Below are positions 37,198 to 47,500 of a stretch of 64,000 nucleotides of DNA, piece by piece. Under the pieces are notes generated by a model. The model saw only the letters and a program-made list of their open reading frames with translations, ran no database searches and was not told where the DNA came from. Source of the stretch: Euryarchaeota archaeon TMED99 (GTDB lineage: Archaea; Thermoplasmatota; Poseidoniia; Poseidoniales; Poseidoniaceae); contig NHFA02000032.1 of the NCBI GenBank assembly GCA_002170315.2, positions 1,958 to 65,957 of the forward strand. The letters run 5' to 3'. Each line of letters opens with the position of its first letter. Position 1 is the first letter of the stretch. The position numbers and the translations under genes were made by a program.

Positions 37198-37394
37198 GCC
37201 ACTTCCTCGAGCCCCCATGGTCAAAAACAGACTGGGGATGTTGTTGGCACAGTAAGGAGGTTCTTAGATGAAACGCTTCGGAGTTGTCAATCAAAGTCAT
37301 GGAATTCTTGATTTTTTCAAATTCCGAATGAAAGAAAACAACCATGTTGCTTATTGATGGTCGAGTCTTGGCAAAAAACACTGAGGAATTTCTT

Positions 37395-38333
37395 ATGTCC
37401 AGTCATCGTAGAAAAATAGCCGTTATCGGAGCCGGAAATGTAGGCGCAACATGCGCATTCGTACTTGCACAAATGAAAATTGCAGATATTGTTCTGCTTG
37501 ATATCTATGAAGGATTTGCAAAAGGTAAAGCCCTCGATATGTCTCAAAACGGACAAGTTCTCAACTACGATGGCTCCATTACAGGCACATCGGATTACAA
37601 TGATATTGCTGGAGCGAGCGTCGTGGTCGTCACTTCCGGATTCCCACGCCAGCCTGGCATGACTCGTGAGGATTTGATTGCAAAGAACGCTGGAATTGTC
37701 AAGCAAGTTGGTGAAGGCATTCGAGATCACGCTCCGGATTCAACAATAGTAATGGTCACGAATCCTCTGGATCTTATGACTTACCATATGCAAAAGGTAA
37801 CAGGATTCCCCGCAAACCGTGTATGCGGTCAGGCAGGTGTTCTGGACAGTGCTCGAATGACTCATTTTGTAGCCCAAGCTGTTGGATGTTCTGAAGAAGA
37901 CGTTCAGGCAATGGTTCTCGGTGGCCATGGAGATACTATGGTTCCACTCCCGCGATTTACGACGGTCGGCGGAATCTCAATCACGCATTTACTCGATGAA
38001 GAAACCATAGACGCAATATGTAAGCGAACTGCTTCCGGCGGTGGGGAAATTGTCAAACTTCTTGAACGTGGTTCAGCATTTTATGCACCTGGTTCTGCTG
38101 CTGCTGTTATGGCTGAAGCAATTTTGAATGACCGCAAGCGATTGATTCCTGCTTCAGCACATCTTACTGGTCAGTATGGACTTGATGATGTCTACATTGG
38201 TGTACCGGTGATTCTAGGAGCATCTGGCATTGAAAGAATACTTGAACTTGATTTATCAGACAGTGAACTTGAATCTCTACAAGGTTCTGGTAACTTCTAC
38301 AAATCTCAGTTGAAAGAATTGTTAGGCTACTGA
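37395..38333 (+). CDS. mdh: malate dehydrogenase (LDH-like family)
   Basis: Motifs KIAVIGAGNVGATCAF, GFPRQPGMTREDL, VTNPLD and GGHGDTMVP. The ATG at 37395 fits the family N-terminus better than the ATG at 37344. Confidence 0.9.
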   Translation: MSSHRRKIAVIGAGNVGATCAFVLAQMKIADIVLLDIYEGFAKGKALDMSQNGQVLNYDGSITGTSDYNDIAGASVVVVTSGFPRQPGMTREDLIAKNAGIVKQVGEGIRDHAPDSTIVMVTNPLDLMTYHMQKVTGFPANRVCGQAGVLDSARMTHFVAQAVGCSEEDVQAMVLGGHGDTMVPLPRFTTVGGISITHLLDEETIDAICKRTASGGGEIVKLLERGSAFYAPGSAAAVMAEAILNDRKRLIPASAHLTGQYGLDDVYIGVPVILGASGIERILELDLSDSELESLQGSGNFYKSQLKELLGY

Positions 38334-39037
38334 TTTGCTTCTCGAACAATTGCCAGCGATTGTTGTTCGCCACGTGTTGTGATGAATTTTTCAGCAACAT
38401 CCCCATTTTTTACTTTAACGAGAATTTTTCCCTTTTTCCCTCGCGATAACATCCGTACAAGGATTTCCTGTCCGATGTAACATCCTTTTTGAGGATGGAC
38501 AAGATGCTCCAGTCCTGCCGAGAGAGGATGATGTACGCTGGAAATTTCAGTTTCATTCCATGGGATGAGATTCTCAATTCTCCATTCATGAAACGGCTCG
38601 GCTTGTGTATCAAACTGGACTCCTGTGTCAAGCGATGCAACGATAATTGAGTAGTGTTGGTTGACATAGCCGTATGTTTCACCTCCATGCGCCTCAAAGT
38701 GACCTACTTTCGTGTTAGAACAAGCATATTCAATCCCAAATGTGTTGCGTGAGGTTACATCACTGATGGAAACATCTTGGTCGAGAATCCTCGGAGTAAT
38801 GTGTTTCAATAATGATTCAAGCTTTGATTTGTGGGTAAGAACTGCAAAAAATCCACCCATGTGAAAAACAGTTGCCAGATCGATTATTTTTGCTTTTGAA
38901 GATGTAAATACGGTCTGACGAATCTCACCTTTGACCATATCAATTGTTTTGTTTGTTGATAATCCATCGATGAATTGGGGTACATCTCTGCCTTTCCAAA
39001 CGGTGAGAGCAGCATCAGCATAAGCCACTTTAGGCAT
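38327..39037 (-). CDS. ygfZ: YgfZ/CAF17-type folate-binding protein (aminomethyltransferase fold, Fe-S cluster maintenance)
   Basis: The signature KGCYIGQEILVRM is present. The protein is 236 aa. Its 3' end overlaps the mdh 3' end by 7 nt in convergent orientation. Confidence 0.75.
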   Translation of the reverse strand: MPKVAYADAALTVWKGRDVPQFIDGLSTNKTIDMVKGEIRQTVFTSSKAKIIDLATVFHMGGFFAVLTHKSKLESLLKHITPRILDQDVSISDVTSRNTFGIEYACSNTKVGHFEAHGGETYGYVNQHYSIIVASLDTGVQFDTQAEPFHEWRIENLIPWNETEISSVHHPLSAGLEHLVHPQKGCYIGQEILVRMLSRGKKGKILVKVKNGDVAEKFITTRGEQQSLAIVREANQ

Positions 39038-39046
39038 GCGTTAACC

Positions 39047-39385
39047 TCAAGCGAAAGATTCGCCGCATCCACAAGATGATTCAGCATTTGGGTTATTGAT
39101 TTTGAATCCTCCACCCATTAAACGGTCGACGTAATCGATTTCAATACCGTCGAGAAGATGACTGGACGCTTTTGGAACCAATACTCGAAAACCATCTACT
39201 GTGATTTCTTGACAAAGTTGGTCAGTTTCTTCAACAATTTGTAAATCATACATATATCCGGAACAACCACCAGAGAGAACACCTACAAGAAGGGCCATAG
39301 AACGGTCATCTCCAAAGGCATCACCGAGCATTTCTTGAGCCTTGTCGGAGATGGTTAGATTGACGTGGACGACCTCAGGTGTCAT
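39047..39385 (-). CDS. iron-sulfur cluster insertion protein (IscA/ErpA/HesB family)
   Basis: Motifs GGCSGYMYDL and the C-terminal SSCGCGESF. Upstream alternative starts exist at 39427 (ATG) and 39445 (GTG). The longer form would add a CGTC motif. Confidence 0.85.
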   Translation of the reverse strand: MTPEVVHVNLTISDKAQEMLGDAFGDDRSMALLVGVLSGGCSGYMYDLQIVEETDQLCQEITVDGFRVLVPKASSHLLDGIEIDYVDRLMGGGFKINNPNAESSCGCGESFA

Positions 39386-39487
39386 CACTTGCACAGGTCC
39401 GGAAGTTTCACAAGTACCGCAGTCCATGTTAAAGCCAAGGAGCACTTCTCTATGAACCTGTTCTTTGAATGGAACAAAAATGTGGCA

Positions 39488-42079
39488 TTATCGTCGCTTG
39501 TTTTTGCGTTCAACTTCCTTCAAAAGTATTCCACAGCGTCGAATTTGTTCCTTTGCTCTTTTCACTTCTTCAGGCTCAAGTCCTCGAGGAATAGCTTGCT
39601 CAAAGCATTTCATTGCATCGGGGTAACGTTCCATTTCAGCATATGCACTCCCCATATTATACAGCGTATTTCCGCGAACTTCTGCAGGACGGATCAGCAT
39701 TGCTTGATGGTATGATTCGACGCATTTCGGATAATCTTCAAGATAGTAGTACGCATTACCGCGTCCATTGAGTATTCGAATGAGCATTTCATCATCGCCT
39801 GCAAATGAGGGAAGGGCTCTATCAAAACAAGACAGTGCCTCTCTGAATTTTCCATCTTCAATTAGTCCAACACCTTGATTATACCAAGCAACATCTTGAT
39901 TGGAAACAGAACTTGAATCAACTTCAGTATCAATAGACGCAGATGCCAATTCTTGGGCTTGTATGGCCGCTTGGGTCAAATCATACGAAGATTGGACGGG
40001 GATACTTTCAGAAGGTTCATCCATCACTTCGACACTTTGGTTCAACAATTGAGTCGATTCTGTCAGCGGTGAATGCTCTGCTTCGACCAGAGGCTGGGGA
40101 GTCATTTCCTCTTGAGGTTGATTTTGCAATCCAAGCGCATTCATGTAGAAATCCGCTTGCGTTTCTTGGGGGTCCATTACCGGTTCCACTGGAAGCGATA
40201 CTTCGGGTTCTGGTACTACTGTTAGTTCAGGCTCTGGAACTGGTTCTGAGACTGGAGCCAGAACTGGAATCGGCTCAGGTGTTTGCGTGACAGGCTGAAC
40301 TTCTGGAACAGAGGCTCCACTGAGCTCGTCAGCTTTTCGATGGCATTTTTGGGCAGTTTCTAAGTCACCTGCTGATTCAAGGGAACGAGCAAGCCCACGC
40401 CAAATTTCGGGATTACTGCCATCGACTTTAATCATTGATTTCCAGACTGTAACTGCCTGAACATCATTCTTTGCAGCAGTGTATGCTCTTGCATGAAGTT
40501 CGGTAGTTCCTTCGCCTAAATAACTCAGGGCTTCATTAGCAAGGTGTGGCCCTTCAGGTAAGGTAGGTGGTAATCCTTGAACAGATTCGAGAACATGTGC
40601 TTCACCCTCAGCGAGTTCGATCAGGACTCGAATAAATTCATTCTTTACCGCATTTTCAGGTTCAATTTCGAGAAGTATTCTGGTTGAATGGAGATAATTT
40701 TCTATATCGCCAGTTTGATTGCACAGTTGACTGCACTTCATCGCTGCTTTGAGATAACCAGACTGGACATTCATGGCTTTAACATAGCTATCAATTGCCT
40801 TTGAGTTGTCTCCTTTTCGTTGGTATATCGATCCAAGGTTAAACCATCCACTGCCCTGATGAGGGTCGAGCGATTGTGAATGTTCGAGTGCAGATATTGC
40901 GTGGTCATCAAGGTCTAAGCGAGCCATAGCACCACCTGCAATCCTCCATGCACTTGCATGTTCAGCACCAATCGTCTTGAGATGAGGGCTGAGTAATTCC
41001 AACGCAGATTTCGCATCACCAGAGCGTATCATCTGTGTTGCCTGTTCAACCAATTCATCCAAATTGATTGGAACTTCCACTGGCTCTTCGATTACAGGAA
41101 GAACTTCTTCAACCACAGGTTGGGGTGCTTGTTCGATGACGCTTTGAATTTCTTGGGTAGCGGCAACAACTTGAGCTGCGGATTTCAGTTCTTGGTATTC
41201 GAGATTTTGATTTTCATCAACATCATGGTGTGTTGCTTCTGCAAGTACGGCTGCTTTATCACTCACACCGACTTCTTTCATTGCTTCTGCAACATGTTGT
41301 TCATCATATGTTTGAGGAGGTGTCTGAATAGGCATGGATTCTATCGGTAGTTGTTCTCCACTTTCTGCACAACGGTTTTTGACATCGAGCAAGAGTGGGT
41401 GGCCCGGGAAAAATTCGAGTGCTTTAACAGCCATCTTGTAAGCAGCACTCTCGTCTCCGATACGTTCGAGTAATGTTGCAATATTTGCAGTTGCTGGAGC
41501 GTTATTGGGATTGATATCTAAACAAATCTGGAAGGCCTGACGTGCTCCTCTTGCATCTTGCTCAGCTTCAAGTAAAACACCACGATTGAACCAAGCCATG
41601 TCACAAGACGGATCTAATGCTATGGCTTTATTGAAAGCGGTTAAAGCGCCTTTCGAATCATTTTTACGAGAACATTCTTCTCCAAGTTGCAAGAGGTATT
41701 CAACAGAATTTTCTTTCTCTTCTTGCTTTTGTTTTTCTTGCAGTTGAGCAACCCATTCTTGAGCAGCAGTTTGCAATTCCTCTTCCTTAAGGTAATTGTT
41801 CCCATCAGCATCTTTGGTGTGAGCAAAAGTAAGAAAGGCTTCTCTATCTTGTATGGAATATTGGTTAATAATTCTCTCCAAGATATTTTCAGAATACCCC
41901 ATCTGCTTGACCTCAACATGTTCAATCATGTTGCCCAAACCCGCCGAACGCAGTGCTGCGGCCATAGATTCGGTGACAGCATCCGAAACGGCATTTGAAT
42001 CAGAGGGGTTTTGAGGTTCGTCATCGGCAGCGCTCATTGTGTCACCAATTCCAAGCGGTGATGCGACCGGCATAAGCAT
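39488..42079 (-). CDS. TPR-repeat protein with two EF-hand-like loops and Pro/Glu-rich linkers
   Basis: 863 aa. TPR-like units recur (AWFNRGVLLE.., GWFNLGSIYQRKGD.., AWYNQGVGLIEDGKF.., LYNMGSAYAEMERY..). The loops DADGNNYLKEEE and DVDENQNLEYQE fit the 12-residue EF-hand pattern. Confidence 0.75.
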   Translation of the reverse strand: MLMPVASPLGIGDTMSAADDEPQNPSDSNAVSDAVTESMAAALRSAGLGNMIEHVEVKQMGYSENILERIINQYSIQDREAFLTFAHTKDADGNNYLKEEELQTAAQEWVAQLQEKQKQEEKENSVEYLLQLGEECSRKNDSKGALTAFNKAIALDPSCDMAWFNRGVLLEAEQDARGARQAFQICLDINPNNAPATANIATLLERIGDESAAYKMAVKALEFFPGHPLLLDVKNRCAESGEQLPIESMPIQTPPQTYDEQHVAEAMKEVGVSDKAAVLAEATHHDVDENQNLEYQELKSAAQVVAATQEIQSVIEQAPQPVVEEVLPVIEEPVEVPINLDELVEQATQMIRSGDAKSALELLSPHLKTIGAEHASAWRIAGGAMARLDLDDHAISALEHSQSLDPHQGSGWFNLGSIYQRKGDNSKAIDSYVKAMNVQSGYLKAAMKCSQLCNQTGDIENYLHSTRILLEIEPENAVKNEFIRVLIELAEGEAHVLESVQGLPPTLPEGPHLANEALSYLGEGTTELHARAYTAAKNDVQAVTVWKSMIKVDGSNPEIWRGLARSLESAGDLETAQKCHRKADELSGASVPEVQPVTQTPEPIPVLAPVSEPVPEPELTVVPEPEVSLPVEPVMDPQETQADFYMNALGLQNQPQEEMTPQPLVEAEHSPLTESTQLLNQSVEVMDEPSESIPVQSSYDLTQAAIQAQELASASIDTEVDSSSVSNQDVAWYNQGVGLIEDGKFREALSCFDRALPSFAGDDEMLIRILNGRGNAYYYLEDYPKCVESYHQAMLIRPAEVRGNTLYNMGSAYAEMERYPDAMKCFEQAIPRGLEPEEVKRAKEQIRRCGILLKEVERKNKRR

Positions 42080-42143
42080 TGCTTCTCGGTGTTCTACAAA
42101 TTTTCTGCACTATATTCAAATGCTACCTGTGAAAGTCGGTAGC

Positions 42144-42701
42144 ATGACACAGGCTCCACCTCGAATTCTCGGACTCTCTGGCGAGTATCGCTCGACTTCA
42201 AAGAGCGGTATGATGGTGAATCATGCTCTGGCGTATGCAGAATCCAAAGGTGCTGAAATTATTTTTTGGGATTGTGCATTAAAACCTCTTCCTTTTGTTG
42301 GCGAAGAAGGTTGTTGGGACAATGAAAATGTCAAGGAGTTTCAATCACTTGCATCTTCTTGTGATGGTTTTTTGGTGTGTTCACCTGAATACCACGGAAC
42401 GATGTCAGGTGTTATGAAAAACACCTTTGATTGGTTGTATGATAAGCACATCGGCGGGAAACCGTTTGGCTTGATGTCTACCCTCGGAGGAATGCAGAAT
42501 TCAAACACCCTGAATCACATGCGCATCATGTTGCGCTGGTTGCATGCTTGGCCAGTTCCAGAACAAGTTGCAGTTGGGCATGTGAAAGAGGCTTTTGACG
42601 AAAATGGTAAATTGAACGATGAAGATGTCAAGCAACGTCTCCAGAAGTTGGTTGATTCAGTGATTGACATGTGCGCTCTCTTTGCATCCAAAAGTGAGTG
42701 A
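42144..42701 (+). CDS. NADPH-dependent FMN reductase family protein
   Basis: Motifs RILGLSGEYRSTSKSG and LVCSPEYHGTMSGVMKNTFDW. The ATG at 42144 avoids overlapping the divergent TPR gene. Confidence 0.8.
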   Translation: MTQAPPRILGLSGEYRSTSKSGMMVNHALAYAESKGAEIIFWDCALKPLPFVGEEGCWDNENVKEFQSLASSCDGFLVCSPEYHGTMSGVMKNTFDWLYDKHIGGKPFGLMSTLGGMQNSNTLNHMRIMLRWLHAWPVPEQVAVGHVKEAFDENGKLNDEDVKQRLQKLVDSVIDMCALFASKSE

Positions 42702-42706
42702 GCGTA

Positions 42707-43444
42707 ATGGCAGACGATCGTCCATACTTTGACGATGATTTTGGTGGTCGTTACATCTTAGTTGAACCTGGAACTTTTGTAATGGGGGATGCAAACGGCA
42801 CTCGGAATGAACAACCGCCTCATGAAGTTCATGTCAGTGAACCTTTTTTTTGTGGAGAACGGCCAGTTACACAGGCTCACTGGCAATCCATCATGCAAAC
42901 GAATCCATCTGCTTTCACCGAAGGTTGGGCTGCTGGACTTCGTCCTGTTGAACAAGTTTCATGGAATGATGTTCAAGATTTCATTTTTCAACTCAATCAA
43001 CGCGATGCCGATATTGAAAGACTCGGTGTCAAAGGAATCTGGAGATTGCCGAGCGAGGCTGAATGGGAATTTCTTGCTCGGGCAGGTACTACGACACGTT
43101 GGGCATTTGGTGAGAGAGATACAGACTTGAACGATCACGGTTGGCACGCAGGTAATTCTGGTGCAAGCACCAGAGAAGTGGGTCAGAAGAAAGCGAATCC
43201 TTGGGGCTTTTTGGACCTCCACGGACAAGTATCTGAATGGTGCGAAGATTCTTTTCTCACCGATTACACATCTCATAATGGAACGCAACAGCCGGTACAA
43301 ATTTCAACAGCCACTCGAAAAGTTCACAGAGGCGGCTCATGGTTCACGGAGTCAGATTCTACGCGCTGTGCCTCTCGTGGTTCAGCACAAACGACTCTTC
43401 AGAGTGACGGCATAGGTTTTCGATTGGTTTGGCAACCACTTTAA
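42707..43444 (+). CDS. formylglycine-generating-enzyme (FGE/SUMF1) fold protein
   Basis: Motifs PHEVHVSEPFFCGERPVTQAHW, WRLPSEAEWEFLARAG, NPWGFLDLHGQVSEWCED and HRGGSWF..RCASRG..IGFRL. Confidence 0.8.
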   Translation: MADDRPYFDDDFGGRYILVEPGTFVMGDANGTRNEQPPHEVHVSEPFFCGERPVTQAHWQSIMQTNPSAFTEGWAAGLRPVEQVSWNDVQDFIFQLNQRDADIERLGVKGIWRLPSEAEWEFLARAGTTTRWAFGERDTDLNDHGWHAGNSGASTREVGQKKANPWGFLDLHGQVSEWCEDSFLTDYTSHNGTQQPVQISTATRKVHRGGSWFTESDSTRCASRGSAQTTLQSDGIGFRLVWQPL

Positions 43445-43466
43445 GTTAATTCAATTCGCCTTAATT

Positions 43467-43817
43467 ATGGCTCTGCTTTACCATAACCCTCGATGTTCGA
43501 AATCTCGACAAGCTGTTGCGCTTTGCGAAGAATCACAGCTCGATGTTACCATTCATCATTATCTCACATCACCACTTGATTATGATACAATTCATTCTCT
43601 TCTTCTGCGTCTTGACGGTGATATCAAACAAGCCATCCGATGGAAAGACAAGGCATTCAAAGAACTTGATTCACCTGATATCGATTCGACAAGCATTGAA
43701 TCCATAGCGAATTTTCTCGTCCTGCATGGCAATCTTATGGAGCGCCCTTGGCTTGATACGGGAAAAATTACTCGGATTGGACGTCCTGTTGAAGTTCTTC
43801 TTGATCTGCTTGAATGA
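43467..43817 (+). CDS. ArsC/Spx-family thioredoxin-fold protein (arsenate reductase-like)
   Basis: The start MALLYHNPRCSKSRQA is typical of the glutaredoxin-type ArsC/YffB family. The protein is 116 aa. Confidence 0.8.
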   Translation: MALLYHNPRCSKSRQAVALCEESQLDVTIHHYLTSPLDYDTIHSLLLRLDGDIKQAIRWKDKAFKELDSPDIDSTSIESIANFLVLHGNLMERPWLDTGKITRIGRPVEVLLDLLE

Positions 43818-44322
43818 CATTCCTTTCTGATTCGCTTCTTGGTTCTGTATCGTAGATGATTGTCATTTGACCAGTTTGAAGTGTTTGGTTCTGCGGAGTT
43901 TGCCCTGGCCCAATGTTCCATTTATGGTTGAATGGTTCTTGTAATACTGTCATAAGATTTCGTTTTTTGAGAGCATCAATTCCGCTTGCAGTACGATCGA
44001 CTGCAGGAGCAACATTTTCTTTGAAGACATCATCCATCAATTCGCAAATGGTCTGAAAACTGCGAGAACCGTCACACAATTCCCACAACATGCTGTTCAT
44101 TTCATCCAGAGGCCTTCGCACTTCCCGAGGTGCTCGTAACACTTTAGCCAATATTCGTTCAAATCGGGTGAAGCGTTTCTCGATTCGCAATACTATCTTT
44201 TTCCCAGTTACGCCTTCTGCAACACAATGTGGCCCTATCTCTCCAATTCGGCCCCACCATACAGGTAATCTGCATGGATAGAATCCTGCATATTGATGCT
44301 TTTCTGTATCGGCTAAATCCAT
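43768..44322 (-). CDS. PqqD-like (RRE-type peptide-binding) domain protein
   Basis: The central segment PLDEMNSMLWELCDGSRSFQTICELMDDVFKE..VDRTASGIDALKKRNLM follows the PqqD pattern (LdE.g..iWelcDG.rt..eI...l...f). The C-terminal tail is acidic and Gln-rich. It overlaps the ArsC-family 3' end by 50 nt. Confidence 0.55.
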   Translation of the reverse strand: MDLADTEKHQYAGFYPCRLPVWWGRIGEIGPHCVAEGVTGKKIVLRIEKRFTRFERILAKVLRAPREVRRPLDEMNSMLWELCDGSRSFQTICELMDDVFKENVAPAVDRTASGIDALKKRNLMTVLQEPFNHKWNIGPGQTPQNQTLQTGQMTIIYDTEPRSESERNVIQADQEELQQDVQSE

Positions 44323-44331
44323 TTTTTCACC

Positions 44332-44511
44332 CTAGAATTGTGTGAAGGTCCATATGACCATGACACTCATGGCCGCAACTCCTGTAAATGCAATAAATCG
44401 AGTCGCCTCTACACGTTCGGTAAAGTTTCTTAGAAACCAAGTACCCACTCCACATACTGCAATGACGAGCCACAATAAGTACCAAACGGGAGGATAAGTG
44501 GCAGATTCCAT
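44332..44511 (-). CDS. 59-aa two-TM microprotein
   Basis: The internal ATG at 44511 of ORF 44332-44598 gives MESATYPPVWYLLWLVIAVCGVGTWF...FTGVAAMSVMVIWTF. It sits between the giant surface-protein gene and the PqqD-like gene. Confidence 0.35.
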   Translation of the reverse strand: MESATYPPVWYLLWLVIAVCGVGTWFLRNFTERVEATRFIAFTGVAAMSVMVIWTFTQF

Positions 44512-44536
44512 GCTCTTTCCTCTTGTAGATAGACCG

Positions 44537-47500
44537 TTATTGTTTCCTATCGAGGTATTGCTGTCCGTAGTATTGCCATTGCTCCATAGTCCATCCATTT
44601 GGTAGACCTTCAGCAGGAATTTCAGGTCCGCTTTGAACCTGTGGCTCAGTTTCTGGTTGCTGTATATGCTGGACCGTTGGTTCAGGGTTTACTTGTGATG
44701 CGGGTGGTCCGTTGGTAGAAACCGGAGGTCCACTTGTTACCGTTTGATTCTGGATCTCCATGAATACTTCTTCTTCGAATTCTTCTTCAGTTGTTTTCTT
44801 TCTCAATACAAGTGCTAACACAACGGCAATGAAGAGAACTGAAGCGATTGATGTAGCAATCATCTCAACATTCATTTTCATTCCATCTTCTTTCTGCTCG
44901 CTGAAGGTGAAACTTCGACTGTCGGACCAACTCATGACACCGTCAGTTGATTCAATTGTAACCGTTACAATACCCTCAGTATCTCCTCCAAGTCGATGCA
45001 ATTCACACATCATGTCGGTATATTTCGGAATGAGATGTCCCGCTTCATGCTGCAAAGTTTGTCCCTCTCCATCGACCAAGATTCCTTGGCAAACAGTCTG
45101 CCATTGTTCGGGTTGTTGAACGTGTATCAGGTACTCTTCAGGCTGGGTTGACATTGATGTCACATTGATCCAAAACGATGCAGGTATACCCGTGGTGAAG
45201 ACATCTTCAGGCTGTTGGCTCATTTCTGAGACCATTGAACGCTGCTTATCGACAAGAATCATGATTTCATGTTTGAGTTCATACGGTCTTGACTCTGTAT
45301 CTTCCCCTGCCATGACCTCGAAAGTAACGACAATTCGAGTGTTGAGTGGGATGTCATCTGGGATGATGATATCGACAACAACTGTCATTTCTTGTCCTGC
45401 ATCCATTCGGAATGGATTGAATATTTCAAGTGGTCGAGATGCTCCTGAATCTCCAATACTCATGAACGCAATAACACCTTCATGTGGCGGTGATGTTGAA
45501 ACTGAGGACATGATCATGAAGTGTTCATCTACTGCATTCCCAATATTCTTCACAGATACATTGACAGTTGCAGTTCCACCGACGCTTGCAGTACTTTCAG
45601 TCATATCCGTATGCATTGCTGGTATTCGAACAGAGGCTGTAATCGAATCAAAGGATACGGAGTTGTCGAGAGGCTGGATGTCGATGAATCCATCACCGTT
45701 GGAAACTACAAAATCAAGGGAATGGATTTCTCCAGCTTTCTCTGCACTTGGCAAGAGAATCCAAACCTCTACCATTTGAACATCCTCGTTATCATACGGT
45801 GCAGAGAGTTCGATCATCCCCGTGTGATTCATTTCTTCAACAACAGTCCACCATTGCCATGAAGAGGGAATAGAGTTGCTTGACAGTGAAGCAGAAACTG
45901 GTCCATTACCGTTATTCTCTATTTCTAATGTCACCTTTGATTCAATTCCTGGTGTCAATTTCTGTGGTGATTCGAGAAGTCGTAATTCAAGGTCACTAAC
46001 CGTATTGACAGTTATGCCTGCGTATGGAGTGCCTTGGAATTCCATTCCACTGCGTTTTGACAGTAACACAGGCGTAATAGAAGGTGCTGTATCTCCTGCC
46101 TGTCCTGTATTTGGAGCCGTTATATCGATGCGGAAAGATGTTTGCGATTCGCCGTTAATGACTGCATTTTCCATGTTGGGTTGTTCGATGACCCATTGCC
46201 CAGCGTTGTCGTGAAGTATCTCGACAGAGAATATATCTTGCCGAGTTGCATTATTCCATATTGTAAATTCAACAGATATCGTTTCACCCGCATCAACCAT
46301 CAAATCCTCTAGTCTCTGTTCCGCAGAGATGTCGACTGATGCATCACTTATCATTGATGCTGAAATATCAATAACTTCGGTGAATGTTCGTATTGTATTA
46401 TTTTGTGATATTGCCGTCAATGAGAAACTGAACATTGAATCAGGAATTGCATCGACAGGAATTGTCATGGTTAGTGCGACATCGACCGGAGTATCAGGTC
46501 TTACCAGAACGTTCGGATCTTGAGTCCATGCAAACTGCACTCCCCAGTTACTTGGAAGTGTCGAGCTGTCAAGAGACAATTCAAACACATCAGTTGCATC
46601 ACCTAAATTGTGGACCTCAACGGAAAAAGGACAGGTGCTACCTGGGGCGCATGACGGAGAAACTTGGGGCTTCACAATGTATGGTTCCCTATCGGGAACG
46701 ACTTGGAATTGCATCGGTAAGGTTGTGTTTATTGATGCATATTGGCTTGAGACACCTTTGAATGTCATCTGATGCAATCCCGTTGAAGCATTTTCATCTG
46801 GCTGAATTTTGATGTCAATCATCTTTGATTCGCCTGGTGCGAGGAGAACACCGGATTCTGTGTTAATTGAGACTCCACTCGGGTTTGCAAAATACACACT
46901 CCATCCAGCAGGCAGTCCTGAAACTTCAGGAAGTATCGAGTCGGAAATATTGCCATCATTGGTAACTTCCACTCGGACATGCCCCCATTGGCCGGGCACT
47001 GAACCTACAGTCGAAACACCGTTTGATGACAGTGAATATTCTTCGGGTCGGACTTTTTGATCATAGACGAAGACCAACTCATCGAAGTAATATCCTATAT
47101 CAGTGCCAGTTGAATCACTTTCAAACAAAAACCTAAACTGAGTTTGACTATGAAAATACTCTTGTGGAATGGGGATTAGTGGAGATGTTGCACCAGCGTG
47201 GTTAACTGAAAAAGTTTGATAATCTTGACCATCGATGAAGTTTTGGTCAATTGAACTGCTGATGCTTCCGAGTTGATACCACCCGCCCATGGCTGAGAGG
47301 ACTTCAATTTTCAATACATCACCAGCTACGACGCTTCCAGTGTAATAGAAACTCAAACCATTTGTTCGTGTAGGATTCGTTACTGCATCAGACATATCCA
47401 TAACAGGAGTCACTAATGACGTTGCGAGATTGTTCGAGTAGGAGGACGATTGGCCATTTCCAACGTGGCAACTGCTTCCCATCGAAAGAGCGGTATCTGT

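Noticed and set aside
42039-42143. N-terminal extension of the FMN reductase ORF, and similarly 49551-49640 for the dsDNA-binding protein, 18042-18116 for the PNGase-like gene and 37344-37394 for mdh
   Set aside because: These extensions overlap the neighbouring gene or add residues foreign to the family N-terminus. In each case an internal ATG gives a canonical start.
42707-43444. FGE/C-type-lectin fold protein as the variable target of a diversity-generating retroelement
   Set aside because: No reverse transcriptase ORF exists anywhere in the window. I could not find a second template-repeat copy of the gene's 3' end. The C-terminal region is not enriched in AAY (Asn) codons as DGR variable regions usually are.
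43768-44322. PqqD-like gene as a marker of a RiPP biosynthetic cluster
   Set aside because: There is no radical SAM, YcaO, lasso cyclase or protease gene, and no plausible precursor peptide gene within 10 kb. I kept it only as a context oddity in the findings, not as a RiPP call.
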